This document shows, one piece after another, positions 43,368 to 55,452 of a DNA stretch of 64,000 bases. A program made the translations under genes and the position numbers. A model generated the notes under the pieces. It worked only from the letters and a program-made list of their open reading frames with translations. It made no database searches and was not told the origin of the DNA. Position 1 is the stretch's first letter. Every line of letters begins with the position of its first letter. Source of the DNA: Escherichia phage Ptacy1496; the sequence record PQ863253.1; one strand, written 5' to 3'.

Positions 43368-43702
43368 AGTAGAAAATCTAATGTATTAGTTTTTTCACAA
43401 CGAACAACAGAAGGACGCAAAAGATTTTCGTCGATAGCTTCTGACTGAATTTTTTCAATTATACCCGAAGGAATAAATTTAGCAAATTGAGTTTCAGGAA
43501 TAGAGTTTTCTTCTAAGAATGCTGTTGTAGCTTCAAGATAACTCATTCCAAACTCTTCTACCATTTTTTCAATAATAAATCCATTTTCTTGACGATCAAG
43601 AAGCTTTGCTATTTCATCCTTTTCTTTCTTGATTGAAAGTTCTTTTTCTGAAAGACCGGTCTCATCGACCGGACGAATGTCATTTAGAGAAAACTGTGTC
43701 AT
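43364..43702 (-). CDS. 33: Late transcription co-activator gp33
   Basis: 112 aa from MTQFSLNDIRP; recognised as T4 gp33. Confidence 0.9.
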   Translation of the reverse strand: MTQFSLNDIRPVDETGLSEKELSIKKEKDEIAKLLDRQENGFIIEKMVEEFGMSYLEATTAFLEENSIPETQFAKFIPSGIIEKIQSEAIDENLLRPSVVRCEKTNTLDFLL

Positions 43703-43949
43703 AAAGTTCAACTACCTCTTCAGTTTCAGCTTCAAACACATCACGGTTATCTTTATGATACAAAGCTAATAGACGATTAAACATCTTACCATCAACGCCA
43801 AGTTCATCTTTGGCACGAATTCGAATATCTTTAATCAATTCATTATAACCGGAAATTTTCAGTTTATGATCAGATGCTTCTTTAATAAATTTAGCCAAGT
43901 CTTCGCCATGGATAGCTTCATCAAATTCAACCATTTCTTTTTTAGCCAT
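43680..43949 (-). CDS. dsbA: Double-stranded DNA-binding protein DsbA
   Basis: 89 aa; overlaps gene 33 start. Confidence 0.85.
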   Translation of the reverse strand: MAKKEMVEFDEAIHGEDLAKFIKEASDHKLKISGYNELIKDIRIRAKDELGVDGKMFNRLLALYHKDNRDVFEAETEEVVELYDTVFSK

Positions 43950-43957
43950 TATTCACC

Positions 43958-44875
43958 TCAAAATTCATTAATGCTATTAGTTAATTTAGAAAGACCCGCT
44001 TTTACAAAATATGAATAAATTTTGCCACGCGGTGGTAATTTATATGAATTATAGTAATTCACAATGTTTGAAGCAATATTATCAGGAATATAATCAAAAT
44101 CAATTAGAACTAAATTTTCTTTATAACGATTATATTCAGATTCTGTGAGAAGCACCTTAGCTTGCTCACGGTCATTAGCAATAGCTTCAACGATTGAAGT
44201 TTTCATTGAAGGGGTTCGTTCACCTTCAACTCTGGTAAACCAAAAGTCAGATCGTACTTTAACTGAAGCAACGTTATCCTTTTTGTCGCCTTTAAGGATT
44301 TTAGTCATACAGTCAATTTCAGCAGAACCGCTTTTAATTTTAACCCATTTCTTATGCATCGGTGACCATTGCTTAACATTTGGATATTTGTGAAGCTGTG
44401 TAAAGTCACCGTCCGATGAAATGATTAAAATCTTATGTCCTTCTAAAGAGAACTTTTTAACAAGAACAGCAATGTGGTCATCTGCTTCATACTTATCAAT
44501 ATCCATAACAATGTATGGCATATAAGCTTTCAATTCATCTATAACTTTATGACTGGATTCAAAATAACCTTCCCAGTCCCAAGTAGATTCTTCTCGTGCT
44601 TTTCCACGGTTTTTCTTGTAATAGTAAGCGAAATCACGACGCCAGTATCCAGATTTCGCGTTATCAATACATAGTACAATTTTAGTGTATCCAAGCGTTT
44701 TTGCTTTTTTGACATTAAACTTAATTGAGTTCAATATCAAATGACGAACCATTGATAAATTAATTTTTTCTTTATCTGGGAAGTTTACCAGAGCAGTTGA
44801 AAGAGCAATTTGACTAAAGTCAATAAAGCAAATTCCTTCTTTGTAATCTTCATCCAGCATCATTTCTAAATCCAT
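43958..44875 (-). CDS. rnh: RNase H (5'-3' exonuclease, FEN-like)
   Basis: 305 aa from MDLEMMLDEDY with GAGG RBS. Confidence 0.93.
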   Translation of the reverse strand: MDLEMMLDEDYKEGICFIDFSQIALSTALVNFPDKEKINLSMVRHLILNSIKFNVKKAKTLGYTKIVLCIDNAKSGYWRRDFAYYYKKNRGKAREESTWDWEGYFESSHKVIDELKAYMPYIVMDIDKYEADDHIAVLVKKFSLEGHKILIISSDGDFTQLHKYPNVKQWSPMHKKWVKIKSGSAEIDCMTKILKGDKKDNVASVKVRSDFWFTRVEGERTPSMKTSIVEAIANDREQAKVLLTESEYNRYKENLVLIDFDYIPDNIASNIVNYYNSYKLPPRGKIYSYFVKAGLSKLTNSINEF

Positions 44876-44937
44876 ATGAACCTCGTTCAATTAGTGAGAT
44901 TTCTATTATATACTATCTAAATCTTAAAGTAAACAGG

Positions 44938-44945
44938 TATAAATA
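44938..44945 (+). promoter_or_regulatory. Late promoter TATAAATA for gene 34
   Basis: Exact motif 35 nt upstream of gene 34 ATG. Confidence 0.7.
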
Positions 44946-44979
44946 CTTATTATTGAAAACACAATAGGAGCCCGGGAGA

Positions 44980-47900
44980 ATGGCCGAGATTAAAAGAAAG
45001 TTCAGAGCAGAAGATGGTCTGGACGCAGGTGGCGATAAAATAATCAACGTAGCTTTAGCTGACCGTACCGTAGGAACTGACGGTGTTAACGTTGATTACT
45101 TAATTCAAGAAAACACAGTTCAGCAATATGATCCAACTCGTGGATATTTAAAAGATTTTGTAATCATTTATAATAATCGTTTTTGGGCAGCAACGGATAA
45201 TATTCCAAAACCTGCTGGAAATTTTAATAGAATTCGTTGGAAAGCATTACGTACTGATGCCGTATATACAACCGTATCATCTGGACCATATCAATTAAAA
45301 TCCGGAGAAGCAATTTCAGTAGATACATCAGTTGGCAATGACATTGAGTTTACTTTACCACCTTCTCCGCTTGATGGAGAAACCGTAATAATTCAAGATA
45401 TCGGTGGAAAACCTGGCATAAATCAGGTTAAAATAAATTCTTCAAATCAGAGTATTGTCAATTTTAGAGGTGAACAGGTACGTTCAGTTTTAATGACTCA
45501 TCCAAAGTCACAGATGATATTCATTTTTAATAATCGTTTGTGGCAAATGTATGTTGCTGATTATAGCAGAGAAGCTGCGATTGTTACTCCATCGACTGCG
45601 TATCAAGCACAATCTAATGATTTTATCGTACGTAGATTTACTTCTGCTGCACCAATTAATGTTAAACTTCCGAGATTTGCTAATCATGGCGATATTATTA
45701 ATTTCGTTGATTTAGATAAACTGAATCCACTTTATCATACAATTGTTACTACATACGATGAAACGACTTCAGTACAAGAAGTTGGAACTCATTCCATTGA
45801 AGGCCGTACATCGATTGACGGTTTCTTGATGTTTGACGATAATGAGAAATTGTGGAGATTGTTTGACGGGGATAGTAAAGCACGTTTACGCATTATAACA
45901 ACTAATTCAAATATTCGTCCAAATGAAGAAGTCATGGTATTTGGCGCGAATAATGGAACAACCCAAACAATTGAACTTCAGCTTCCGACTGATATTTCTG
46001 TTGGTGATACTGTTAAAATTTCCATGAATTACATGAGAAAAGGACAAACAGTTAAAATCAAAGCTGCTGGTGAAGATAAAATTGCTTCTTCAGTTCAATT
46101 GCTGCAATTCCCAAAACGTTCAGAATATCCGCCTGAAGCTGAATGGGTAACAGTTCAAGAATTAGTTTTTAATGGTGAAACTAATTATGTACCAGTTTTG
46201 CAACTTGCTTATATAGAAGATTCTGATGGAAAATACTGGGTTGTACAGCAAAACGTTCCAACAGTTGAAAGAGTCGATTCTTTAAATAATTCTACTAGAG
46301 CAAGATTAGGCGTAATTGCTTTAGCTACACAAGCTCAAGCAAATGCTGATTTAGAAAATTCTCCACAAAAAGAATTAGCAATTACTCCAGAAACGTTAGC
46401 TAATCGTACTGCTACTGAAACTCGCAGAGGTATTGCAAGAATAGCAACTACTGCTCAAGTAAATCAGAACACTACATTCTCTTTTGCAGATGACCTTATC
46501 ATCACTCCTAAAAAGCTGAATGAAAGAACTGCTACAGAAACTCGCAGAGGTGTTGCTGAAATTGCTACGCAGCAGGAAACTAATACAGGTATCGATGATA
46601 CTACAATCATCACTCCTAAAAAGCTTCAAGCTCGTCAAGGTTCTGAATCATTATCTGGTATTGTAACTTTTGTATCTACCGCAGGAGCTACTCCAGCTTC
46701 TAGTCGTGAATTAAATGGTACGAATGTTTATAATAAAAACACTAATAATTTAGTTGTTTCACCTAAAGCTTTGGATCAGTATAAAGCTACTCCAACGCAA
46801 CAAGGCGCAGTAATTTTAGCAGTTGAAAGTGAAGTAATTGCTGGACAAAGCCAAGAAGGATGGGCAAATGCGGTTGTAACGCCAGAAACGTTACATAAAA
46901 AGACATCAACTGATGCAAGAATTGGTTTAATTGAAATTGCTACACAAAGTGAAGTTAATACAGGAACTGATTATACTCGTGCAGTCACTCCTAAAACTTT
47001 AAATGACCGTAGAGCAACTGAAAGTTTAAGTGGTATAGCTGAAATTGCTACACAGGTTGAATTCGACGCAGGCGTCGACGATACTCGTATCTCTACACCA
47101 TTAAAAATTAAAACCAGATTTAATAGTACTGATCGTACTTCTGTTGTTGCTCTATCTGGATTAGTTGAATCAGGAACTCTCTGGGACCATTATACCCTTA
47201 ATATTCTTGAAGCAAATGAGACACAGCGTGGTACACTTCGTGTAGCTACACAAGTTGAAGCTGCTGCAGGAACATTAGATAATGTTTTAATAACTCCTAA
47301 AAAGCTTTTAGGTACTAAATCTACCGAATCGCAAGAAGGTGTTATTAAAGTTGCAACTCAGTCTGAAACTGTGACTGGAACGTCAGCAAATACTGCTGTA
47401 TCTCCAAAAAATTTAAAATGGATTGTGCAGAGTGAACCAACTTGGGCAGCAACTACTCTGATAAGAGGGTTTGTTAAAACTTCTTCTGGTTCATTAACGT
47501 TTGTTGGTAATGATACGGTAGGTTCAACACAGCCATTAGAATCATATGAGAAAAATGGTTATGCAGTATCACCATATGAATTAAATCGCGTATTAGCAAA
47601 TTATTTGCCATTAAAAGCAAAAGCTGTAGATAGTAATTTATTAGATGGTCTAGATTCGCTCCAGTTCATTCGTAGGGACATTGCACAAACAGTTAATGGT
47701 TCACTAACCTTAACCCAACAAACGAATCTGGGTGCCCCTCTTGTATCATCTAGTACTGCTACATTCGGTGGATCAGTTTCAGCAAATAGTACATTAACTA
47801 TTTCTAATACTGGAACGGCAACTCGTCTGATTTTTGAGAAAGGACCTCAAACTGGAACAAACCCGGCTCAAACGATGACAGTCAGAGTGTGGGGAAATCA

Positions 47901-48849
47901 ATTTAGCGGGGAATCAGACACAACACGTTCTACCGTATTTGAAGTTAGTGATGAAACGTCTAGTCATTTTTATTCTCAGCGTAATAAAGCTGGAAATATA
48001 ACATTTAATATCAACGGTACAGTAACACCGATAAATGTTAATGCTTCAGGAACATTGAATGCAAATGGTGTAGCAACATTTGGTAATTCAGTCACTGCAA
48101 CTGGTGAAATTATTTCTCGAAGCGCAAATGCTTTCCGTGCTATTAACGGAAATTATGGTTTCATTGTTCGCAATGATGGATCAGTAACGAATTTTATGCT
48201 TACTGCATCGGGTGATCAGACTGGTGGATTTAATGGATTACGTCCTTTAGCTATTAATAATGCATCTGGCCAAGTAACGATTGGTGAAAGCTTAATCATT
48301 GCCAAAGGTGCTACTATAAATTCAGGCGGTTTGACTGTTAACTCGAGAATTCGTTCTCAGGGCACTAAAACATCTGATTTATACACCCGCGCGCCAACAT
48401 CTGATACAGTAGGATTCTGGTCAATCGATATTAATGATTCAGCCACTTATAACCAGTTCCCGGGTTATTTTAAAATGGTTGAAAAAACTAATGAAGTTAC
48501 TGGACTTCCATACTTAGAACGTGGTGAAGAAGTTAAATCTCCTGGTACATTGACTCAGTTTGGTAACACACTTGATTCACTTTACCAAGATTGGATTACT
48601 TATCCAACGACCCCAGAAGCACGTACCACTCGCTGGACACGTACATGGCAGAAAACCAAAAACTCTTGGTCAAGTTTTGTTCAGGTATTTGACGGAGGTA
48701 ACCCTCCTCAACCTTCAGATATAGGAGCGATCCCATCTGATAATGGAATAATAGGTAATCTTACTATTCGTGATTTCTTACGAATTGGTAATGTTCGCAT
48801 TATTCCTGACCCAGTGAATAAAACTGTTAAATTTGAATGGGTTGAATAA
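44980..48849 (+). CDS. 34: Long tail fiber proximal subunit gp34
   Basis: 1289 aa; repeated TPKxL ... ETRRG ... IATQ motifs. Confidence 0.95.
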   Translation: MAEIKRKFRAEDGLDAGGDKIINVALADRTVGTDGVNVDYLIQENTVQQYDPTRGYLKDFVIIYNNRFWAATDNIPKPAGNFNRIRWKALRTDAVYTTVSSGPYQLKSGEAISVDTSVGNDIEFTLPPSPLDGETVIIQDIGGKPGINQVKINSSNQSIVNFRGEQVRSVLMTHPKSQMIFIFNNRLWQMYVADYSREAAIVTPSTAYQAQSNDFIVRRFTSAAPINVKLPRFANHGDIINFVDLDKLNPLYHTIVTTYDETTSVQEVGTHSIEGRTSIDGFLMFDDNEKLWRLFDGDSKARLRIITTNSNIRPNEEVMVFGANNGTTQTIELQLPTDISVGDTVKISMNYMRKGQTVKIKAAGEDKIASSVQLLQFPKRSEYPPEAEWVTVQELVFNGETNYVPVLQLAYIEDSDGKYWVVQQNVPTVERVDSLNNSTRARLGVIALATQAQANADLENSPQKELAITPETLANRTATETRRGIARIATTAQVNQNTTFSFADDLIITPKKLNERTATETRRGVAEIATQQETNTGIDDTTIITPKKLQARQGSESLSGIVTFVSTAGATPASSRELNGTNVYNKNTNNLVVSPKALDQYKATPTQQGAVILAVESEVIAGQSQEGWANAVVTPETLHKKTSTDARIGLIEIATQSEVNTGTDYTRAVTPKTLNDRRATESLSGIAEIATQVEFDAGVDDTRISTPLKIKTRFNSTDRTSVVALSGLVESGTLWDHYTLNILEANETQRGTLRVATQVEAAAGTLDNVLITPKKLLGTKSTESQEGVIKVATQSETVTGTSANTAVSPKNLKWIVQSEPTWAATTLIRGFVKTSSGSLTFVGNDTVGSTQPLESYEKNGYAVSPYELNRVLANYLPLKAKAVDSNLLDGLDSLQFIRRDIAQTVNGSLTLTQQTNLGAPLVSSSTATFGGSVSANSTLTISNTGTATRLIFEKGPQTGTNPAQTMTVRVWGNQFSGESDTTRSTVFEVSDETSSHFYSQRNKAGNITFNINGTVTPINVNASGTLNANGVATFGNSVTATGEIISRSANAFRAINGNYGFIVRNDGSVTNFMLTASGDQTGGFNGLRPLAINNASGQVTIGESLIIAKGATINSGGLTVNSRIRSQGTKTSDLYTRAPTSDTVGFWSIDINDSATYNQFPGYFKMVEKTNEVTGLPYLERGEEVKSPGTLTQFGNTLDSLYQDWITYPTTPEARTTRWTRTWQKTKNSWSSFVQVFDGGNPPQPSDIGAIPSDNGIIGNLTIRDFLRIGNVRIIPDPVNKTVKFEWVE

Positions 48850-48857
48850 GAGGTATT

Positions 48858-49973
48858 ATGGAAAAATTTATGGCAGAGTTTGGACAAGGATATGTCCAAA
48901 CGCCATTTTTATCGGAAAGCAATTCAGTAAGATATAAAATAAGCATAGCGGGTTCTTGCCCGCTTTCTACTGCGGGGCCATATGTTAAATTTCAGGATAA
49001 TCCCGTTGGAAATCAAACATTTAGTGCAGGTCTTCATTTAAGAGTTTTTGACCCTTCTACGGGAGCATTAGTTGATAGCAAGTCATATGCTTTTTCTGCT
49101 TCAAACAATACAACATCTGCCGCTTTTGTCAGTTTCATGAATTCTTTGTCAAACAATAGACTTGTTGCTATATTAACTAGCGGAAAGGTTAATTTTCCTC
49201 CTGAAGTGGTATCTTGGTTAAGGGGAGCAGGAACTTCAGTTTTTCCATCAGATTCAGTATTGTCAAGATTTGACGTATCATATGCTGCTTTTTATACTTC
49301 TTCTAAAAGAGCTATTGCATTAGAGCATGTTAAACTAAGTAATAGAAAAAGCACAGATGATTATCAAACTATTTTAGATGTTGTATTTGATAGTTTAGAA
49401 GACGTCGGAGCGACAGGATTTCCAAAAAGAACTTATGAAAGTGTCGAGCAATTCATGTCAGCAGTTGGTGGAACTAATAACGAAATTGCGCGATTGCCAA
49501 CTTCAGCTGCTATAAGTAAACTTTCTGACTATAATTTAATTCCTGGTGATGTTCTTTATCTTAAAGCACAGTTATATGCTGATGCTGATTTACTTGATCT
49601 TGGAACTACAAACATATCCATTCGTTTTTATGATGCATCAAATGGATATATTTCCTCTACCCAAGCTGAGTTTACTGGGCAAGCTGGGTCTTGGGAATTA
49701 AAAGAAGACTATGTAGTTGTTCCAGAAAACGCCGTAGGATTTACGATATATGCACAAAGAACTGCTCAAGCAGGTCAAGGCGGCATGAGAAATTTAAGCT
49801 TTTCTGAAGTATCAAGAAATGGCGGCATTTCAAAACCTGCCGAATTTGGCGTCAACGGTATTCGCGTTAATTATGTCTGCGAATCGGCTTCACCTCCAGA
49901 TATAATGGTACTTCCTACACAAGCCTCTTCTAAAACTGGCAAAGTGTTTGGGCAAGAATTTAGAGAAGTTTAA
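48858..49973 (+). CDS. 35: Long tail fiber hinge protein gp35
   Basis: 371 aa; position between 34 and 36. Confidence 0.88.
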   Translation: MEKFMAEFGQGYVQTPFLSESNSVRYKISIAGSCPLSTAGPYVKFQDNPVGNQTFSAGLHLRVFDPSTGALVDSKSYAFSASNNTTSAAFVSFMNSLSNNRLVAILTSGKVNFPPEVVSWLRGAGTSVFPSDSVLSRFDVSYAAFYTSSKRAIALEHVKLSNRKSTDDYQTILDVVFDSLEDVGATGFPKRTYESVEQFMSAVGGTNNEIARLPTSAAISKLSDYNLIPGDVLYLKAQLYADADLLDLGTTNISIRFYDASNGYISSTQAEFTGQAGSWELKEDYVVVPENAVGFTIYAQRTAQAGQGGMRNLSFSEVSRNGGISKPAEFGVNGIRVNYVCESASPPDIMVLPTQASSKTGKVFGQEFREV

Positions 49974-49980
49974 ACTGAGG

Positions 49981-50007
49981 GAGCCTTCGGGTTCCCTTTT
50001 TTTTAAT
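49981..50007 (+). terminator. Terminator GGGAGCC-TTCG-GGTTCCC followed by T8
   Basis: GC-rich stem, UUCG loop, TTTTTTTT. Confidence 0.75.
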
Positions 50008-50035
50008 AAATAATATTAAAATAAAGGGGCATATA

Positions 50036-50686
50036 ATGGCTGATTTAAAAGTAGGTTCAACTGTAGGTGGATCTGTCATTTGGCATCAAGGAAATTTTCC
50101 ATTGAATTCAGCCGGTGACGATGTACTCTACAAATCATTTAAAATATATTCAGAATATAATAAACCGCAGGCAGCTGATAACGATTTCGTTTCTAAAGCT
50201 AATGGTGGTACTTACACCGGTCCAATTACTATTAATTACGGGGTAAATAGTTATCTTCAATTAAGTAATAATGAAACCCCCATCCGAATTCGTTCTGGTG
50301 GCGGCACTGGTAATACTCTTGTAGTTGGTGGCTCTTCTGGCGGTATTAGTTTTAGACCAGCAGGTAGTGAAATCACTACTGGACAAATTACTATTACGCC
50401 AGAAGGTTTGACAACATTTACCAAAGCTGTAACGGCTCCATCTGTAACTGTTACATCTACTCCTTCCGCAGCATCTGATGTTACTCGCAAAGATTATGTT
50501 GATGGAGCAATAAATACTGTTACAGCAAATGCAAACTCTAGGGTATTACGCTCTGGAGACACTATGACAGGAAATTTAACTGCGCCAAACCTTTTTTCAC
50601 AGAATCCTGCATCTCAACCTTCACACGTTCCACGATTTGACCAAATCGTAATTAAGGATTCTGTTCAAGATTTCGGCTATTATTAA
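50036..50686 (+). CDS. 36: Long tail fiber distal connector gp36
   Basis: 216 aa; position between 35 and 37. Confidence 0.88.
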   Translation: MADLKVGSTVGGSVIWHQGNFPLNSAGDDVLYKSFKIYSEYNKPQAADNDFVSKANGGTYTGPITINYGVNSYLQLSNNETPIRIRSGGGTGNTLVVGGSSGGISFRPAGSEITTGQITITPEGLTTFTKAVTAPSVTVTSTPSAASDVTRKDYVDGAINTVTANANSRVLRSGDTMTGNLTAPNLFSQNPASQPSHVPRFDQIVIKDSVQDFGYY

Positions 50687-50694
50687 GAGGACTT

Positions 50695-53661
50695 ATGGCT
50701 ACTTTAAAACAAATACAATTTAAAAGAAGCAAAACTGCGGGTCAACGTCCTGCTGCTTCAGTATTAGCCGAAGGTGAATTGGCTATAAACTTAAAAGATA
50801 AAACAATTTTCACAAAAGATGACTCAGGTAGTGTTATAGAATTAGGTTTAAAATATGGAGGAACAATTGATGGTTCTTTAACTGTTAATGGAAATATAAT
50901 TGGAAATTTAACAGGTAACGCTGCAACTGCAACGAAATTAAAAACAGCACGAAAAATTAATGGTATATCCTTTGATGGGTCAAAAGATATCACGCTAACT
51001 CCATCTGACATAAATGTCAATAGCACAACGTTTATAAAAAATAATGGCGAATTACCTGTTGATGCTAATTTAGATACGTATGGGCCTGTTGAAGAATATC
51101 TTGGAGTTTGGTCGAAAGCAACTTCAACCAACGCTCAACCAGCAAATAAATTTCCAGAAGAAAATGCTGTAGGTGTGCTAGAAGTATTTGTGGCCGGTCA
51201 ATTTGCTGGTACTCAGAGATATACAACTAGATACGGAAATGTTTATATTCGTTCCTTGACTGCTACATGGAACGGAGTAAATGGTCCGTGGAGTGTGTGG
51301 CGAAATATTCAATCCGGTACTCGTCCACTGTCAACAACAATTGATCTTAATGATCTAGGAGGTGCTGAACACTTTGGCTTGTGGAGGAATAGTTCAAATT
51401 CCATTGCTACCTTTGACAGAAATTTCCCAGAAGAGGGGTCGTCCGCTCAAGGTCTTTTGGAAGTATATGAAGGTGGAAACTATTCTCGCACACAGAGATA
51501 TACAACCAGATTTGGTGTTGTTTATACTCGTTGTCTTGCTGCCGCGTGGGATGCTTCTGCTCCTAAATGGGGACCGTGGCAACAAGTCGGTAATGTCACA
51601 CCGGCGACTTTCTATGACGGAGACCTGAATGATTTTAAAACTCCTGGGTTATATAATATTTTAGGTACTGATGCCGTTATTAACTGTCCTACAGGTGAAG
51701 GTTTGCCGACTGTTATTGTTGGTTTGCTGGAAGTTAAACAGCGTGCTTCTGGCGGTGCTATTTTCCAAAAATTTACTACTGCCGGAACGGGTGCAACTAC
51801 TCGCGATCGTATTTTTGAGCGTGCATATACCGGTGGCGCGTGGGGTACATGGAACGAAGTATATACATCTTACTCTTTGCCAATTACTTTGGGTATGGGT
51901 GGTATTAAAACTCAATTAGCGGAGCTAGATTGGCAAACATTTGATTTTGTTCCTGGTAGTATGTTTAGCGTTCCTTTGAACAAAATAAAGAACATGCCAG
52001 CAAATATGAATTGGGGTACAATTGACGGAAACTTAGTTATGTTTTCTGTCGGTCCTAGCGAACACACCAGCACAGGACGTACTGTTCAGGTTTGGCGTGG
52101 TACTGTATCCCAGACAAACTACCGTTATTTTGTCGTTCGTGTGTTCGGTAATTCTGGAAATAGAACTTGCACAGTTCGCCGTGTTGTTCTTGAAGACGGA
52201 TCACATACTTGGACTGCTCAACAAGATTTTAATGGTGCTGTTAACTTTGGTAGTTCAACAACGTTTAAATCAACTACAACATTTAATACAGAAGTTAAAT
52301 TTCGCTCATTGAATGCATTCCGTATGTATGGCGGAAAATTTGGTACATTTTTACGTAATGATGGAGAGAGTCTTTATATTCTTTCCACCGACGAAGATGA
52401 TCAAGATGGAAACTTTAATACAAATAGACCTTTCCGTTATGAATTAAGAACTGGTGATGTTACTTTGGGTGGTGCTAGTGGTGCTAACGTTTTAAAATTA
52501 AAACGTGATTCTCTCACCGCATTTTTTGGCGGTGATATTAACATTAAAGGCACGATGACTTTTGACGCCGGACGTTTAGGATCACGAGATTATTTTAAAT
52601 TTAACCATTGGGGTGATAGTAATAATGCGCGTGATAACATTATTCAGTTAGAAGACAGCAAAGGCGCTCATTTTTCAACTGAACGTACTTTAGCGACTGG
52701 TGCAATTAAGACTAAATTTTTTGGTGAAATTGAATCCGATGGTAAATTGGTTATTAAACGTCCGGGTGATTCTATTGTATTATCAACGACTGCTAGTAAT
52801 TCTTTGCATATTCGTGGTGACATAGACGGGACTGGTAACTGGTATATTGGTAAGGGTGGTGCTGATAATTCGCTAGCATTTTATAGCTATGCTTCTCAGG
52901 CGGCAGTACATATCACAAACAATGGTGAGATTGCGTTAAACCCGCAAAATACCGCAATGGTTAACGTTAACCGTGACCGTGTACACATTAACGGTTCTGG
53001 ATGGATTGCTAGACAACCGGGTGATTGGGGCAACCAATGGCGAGTAGAAGCTCCATTATTCGTTGATCATGGTTATGTTTCACAGGATTGTTATTATCCT
53101 ATTCTTAAAGCAAGAAGCGTTATAACCAATCAAGGATATAGCACCGCTGTTGACTTTGGTATGCGTCGTATTCCATCACAGTGGGGGCAAGCAATCATTC
53201 GTGTCGGATCCACGGAGGCTTCTCCTGATGCTGGACACCCACAAGCTGTGTTTGAATTCCATCATGATGGATTCTTTTATACACCAGGAAATGGTAGCTT
53301 TAGCGATGTGTATATTCGTTCTGACTCCCGTCTCAAGATTAATAAAGAAGAATTAGAATATGGAGCGGTCGAAAAAGTTTGCCGACTGAAAGTTTATATT
53401 TACGATAAAGTTAAGTCTATTAAAGACCGTAGTGTTATTAAACGTGAAGTTGGTATTATTGCTCAGGACCTTGAAAAGGAATTACCGGAAGCTGTATCTA
53501 AAGTTGAAGTTGATGGATCTGATGTTCTGACAATTTCTAACTCTGCTGTGAATGCTCTTTTAATTAAGGCTATTCAGGAAATGAGTGAAGAAATTAAAGA
53601 ATTGAAAACGCCTCTCTTTACTAAAATTGCTCGCAAAATTAGTAAATATTTTAAATTCTAA
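50695..53661 (+). CDS. 37: Long tail fiber distal subunit gp37, T2/T6-type with C-terminal intramolecular chaperone-like domain
   Basis: 988 aa; C-terminal SDSRLK ... IYIYD segment resembles self-cleaving chaperone domains of other phage fibres. Confidence 0.9.
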   Translation: MATLKQIQFKRSKTAGQRPAASVLAEGELAINLKDKTIFTKDDSGSVIELGLKYGGTIDGSLTVNGNIIGNLTGNAATATKLKTARKINGISFDGSKDITLTPSDINVNSTTFIKNNGELPVDANLDTYGPVEEYLGVWSKATSTNAQPANKFPEENAVGVLEVFVAGQFAGTQRYTTRYGNVYIRSLTATWNGVNGPWSVWRNIQSGTRPLSTTIDLNDLGGAEHFGLWRNSSNSIATFDRNFPEEGSSAQGLLEVYEGGNYSRTQRYTTRFGVVYTRCLAAAWDASAPKWGPWQQVGNVTPATFYDGDLNDFKTPGLYNILGTDAVINCPTGEGLPTVIVGLLEVKQRASGGAIFQKFTTAGTGATTRDRIFERAYTGGAWGTWNEVYTSYSLPITLGMGGIKTQLAELDWQTFDFVPGSMFSVPLNKIKNMPANMNWGTIDGNLVMFSVGPSEHTSTGRTVQVWRGTVSQTNYRYFVVRVFGNSGNRTCTVRRVVLEDGSHTWTAQQDFNGAVNFGSSTTFKSTTTFNTEVKFRSLNAFRMYGGKFGTFLRNDGESLYILSTDEDDQDGNFNTNRPFRYELRTGDVTLGGASGANVLKLKRDSLTAFFGGDINIKGTMTFDAGRLGSRDYFKFNHWGDSNNARDNIIQLEDSKGAHFSTERTLATGAIKTKFFGEIESDGKLVIKRPGDSIVLSTTASNSLHIRGDIDGTGNWYIGKGGADNSLAFYSYASQAAVHITNNGEIALNPQNTAMVNVNRDRVHINGSGWIARQPGDWGNQWRVEAPLFVDHGYVSQDCYYPILKARSVITNQGYSTAVDFGMRRIPSQWGQAIIRVGSTEASPDAGHPQAVFEFHHDGFFYTPGNGSFSDVYIRSDSRLKINKEELEYGAVEKVCRLKVYIYDKVKSIKDRSVIKREVGIIAQDLEKELPEAVSKVEVDGSDVLTISNSAVNALLIKAIQEMSEEIKELKTPLFTKIARKISKYFKF

Positions 53662-53697
53662 CAACAAGGGGGAAATGCCCCCTTTGGAGTATAAATT

Positions 53698-54480
53698 ATG
53701 GCAGTAGTTGGTGTTCCTGGTTGGATTGGAAGTTCAGCCGCAAATGAAACAGGACAACGCTGGATGAGTCAAGCGGCTGGTCAATTAAGATTGGGTGTTC
53801 CTTGCTGGATGAGTCAATTTGCAGGTCGCTCACGAGAAATTATTCACACGCTTGGAGCAGACCATAACTTCAATGGTCAATGGTTCCGAGATAGATGTTT
53901 TGAGGCAGGTAGTGCACCTATAGTGTTTAATATTACAGGTGATTTAGTATCATATTCTAAAGATGTTCCTTTATTCTTCATGTACGGAGATACACCAAAT
54001 GAATATGTTCAGTTAAATATACATGGCGTAACGATGTATGGTCGTGGAGGTAATGGTGGTAGCAATAGTCCTGGCTCAGCTGGGGGTCATTGTATTCAAA
54101 ACGATATTGGTGGGAGACTAAGAATTAATAATGGCGGAGCTATTGCAGGCGGTGGCGGTGGCGGTGGCGGCGGATATTATTCTCCTTTTTCACAAATGAG
54201 ATTGACCTTTGGCGGCGGTGGCGGTCGTCCTTTTGGTGCGCCAGGCGGATCTATTGATATGCAATCAGGCGCGACTGGTGGTACTATTTCTGCACCTGGC
54301 TCAGGATCCGTGAATGGTATCTATAATGGCGGAAACGGTGGTGAAGTAGGTTCCGCGGGAGGTAGATGCAATATTCGCGGTCAAGGATCTGAATATGATG
54401 GCGGTGCTGCTGGTTATGCTGTCATAGGGTCCGCTCCAACATGGCAAAATGTTGGAGCAATATATGGTCCAAGAGTATAA
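53698..54480 (+). CDS. 38: Tail fiber tip adhesin gp38 (T2/T6-type, glycine-rich)
   Basis: 260 aa; N-terminal gp37-attachment region then multiple Gly-rich motifs (GGNGG, GGGGGGGGG, GGGGG); unlike the shorter T4 gp38 chaperone. Confidence 0.88.
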   Translation: MAVVGVPGWIGSSAANETGQRWMSQAAGQLRLGVPCWMSQFAGRSREIIHTLGADHNFNGQWFRDRCFEAGSAPIVFNITGDLVSYSKDVPLFFMYGDTPNEYVQLNIHGVTMYGRGGNGGSNSPGSAGGHCIQNDIGGRLRINNGGAIAGGGGGGGGGYYSPFSQMRLTFGGGGGRPFGAPGGSIDMQSGATGGTISAPGSGSVNGIYNGGNGGEVGSAGGRCNIRGQGSEYDGGAAGYAVIGSAPTWQNVGAIYGPRV

Positions 54481-54510
54481 TGTGAATAAATACCCTTAAA
54501 AGGAGGGTCT

Positions 54511-55167
54511 ATGGCAGCACCTAGAATATCATTTTCGCCCTCTGATATTCTATTTGGTGTTCTAGATCGCTTGTTCAAAGATAATGCTACCGGGAAAGTT
54601 CTTGCTTCCCGGGTAGCTGTCGTAATTCTTTTGTTTATAATGGCGATTGTTTGGTATAGGGGAGATAGTTTCTTTGAGTACTATAAGCAATCAAAGTATG
54701 AAACATACAGCGAAATTATTGAAAAGGAAAGAAATGCACGCTTTGAATCTGTCGCCCTGGAACAACTCCAGATAGTTCATATATCATCTGAGGCAGACTT
54801 TAGTGCGGTATATTCTTTCCGCCCTAAAAACTTAAACTATTTTGTTGATATTATAGCATACGAAGGAAAATTACCTTCAACAATAAGCGAAAAATCACTT
54901 GGAGGATATCCTGTTGATAAAACTATGGATGAATATGCAGTTCATTTAAATGGACGTCATTATTATTCCGACTCAAAATTTGCTTTTTTACCAACTAAAA
55001 AGCCTACTCCCGAAATAAATTACATGTACAGTTGTCCATATTTCAATTTGGATAATATCTATGCTGGAACAATAACCATGTACTGGTATAGAAATGATCA
55101 TATAAGTAATGACCGCCTTGAATCAATATGTTCTCAGGCGGCCAGAATATTAGGAAGGGCTAAATAA
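54511..55167 (+). CDS. t: Holin T
   Basis: 218 aa; single N-terminal TM segment and large periplasmic domain. Confidence 0.93.
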   Translation: MAAPRISFSPSDILFGVLDRLFKDNATGKVLASRVAVVILLFIMAIVWYRGDSFFEYYKQSKYETYSEIIEKERNARFESVALEQLQIVHISSEADFSAVYSFRPKNLNYFVDIIAYEGKLPSTISEKSLGGYPVDKTMDEYAVHLNGRHYYSDSKFAFLPTKKPTPEINYMYSCPYFNLDNIYAGTITMYWYRNDHISNDRLESICSQAARILGRAK

Positions 55168-55440
55168 TTATTTGTTTGTATACATCTCTAGATATCGATA
55201 TACACCCTCAAAACCCTCGTTGAATTCGTCGATGAGGGTTTTCTTATCTTCTTGGGTTAATTCAGAAACAATTTTACGGAATGAATTCTGATTTAACTTT
55301 CTACCTTCATGCGTTACTCCAATCTCATTCAGAAATGCAATAAAATTAGCACGATTCTCAACAATATCTTCTCTGGAAAATTTAATCAAAATAGACGCAA
55401 CAGTAATAATTTCACGAACTGTATCAATGTTTTTATTCAT
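55168..55440 (-). CDS. asiA: Anti-sigma70 factor AsiA
   Basis: 90 aa; recognised as T4 AsiA. Confidence 0.95.
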   Translation of the reverse strand: MNKNIDTVREIITVASILIKFSREDIVENRANFIAFLNEIGVTHEGRKLNQNSFRKIVSELTQEDKKTLIDEFNEGFEGVYRYLEMYTNK

Positions 55441-55452
55441 TAACTATACCAC

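Noticed and set aside
54060-54260. Short ggcggtggc repeat tracts considered as a possible CRISPR or tandem repeat array
   Set aside because: They are in-frame glycine codons inside gp38, with no spacer-repeat periodicity.
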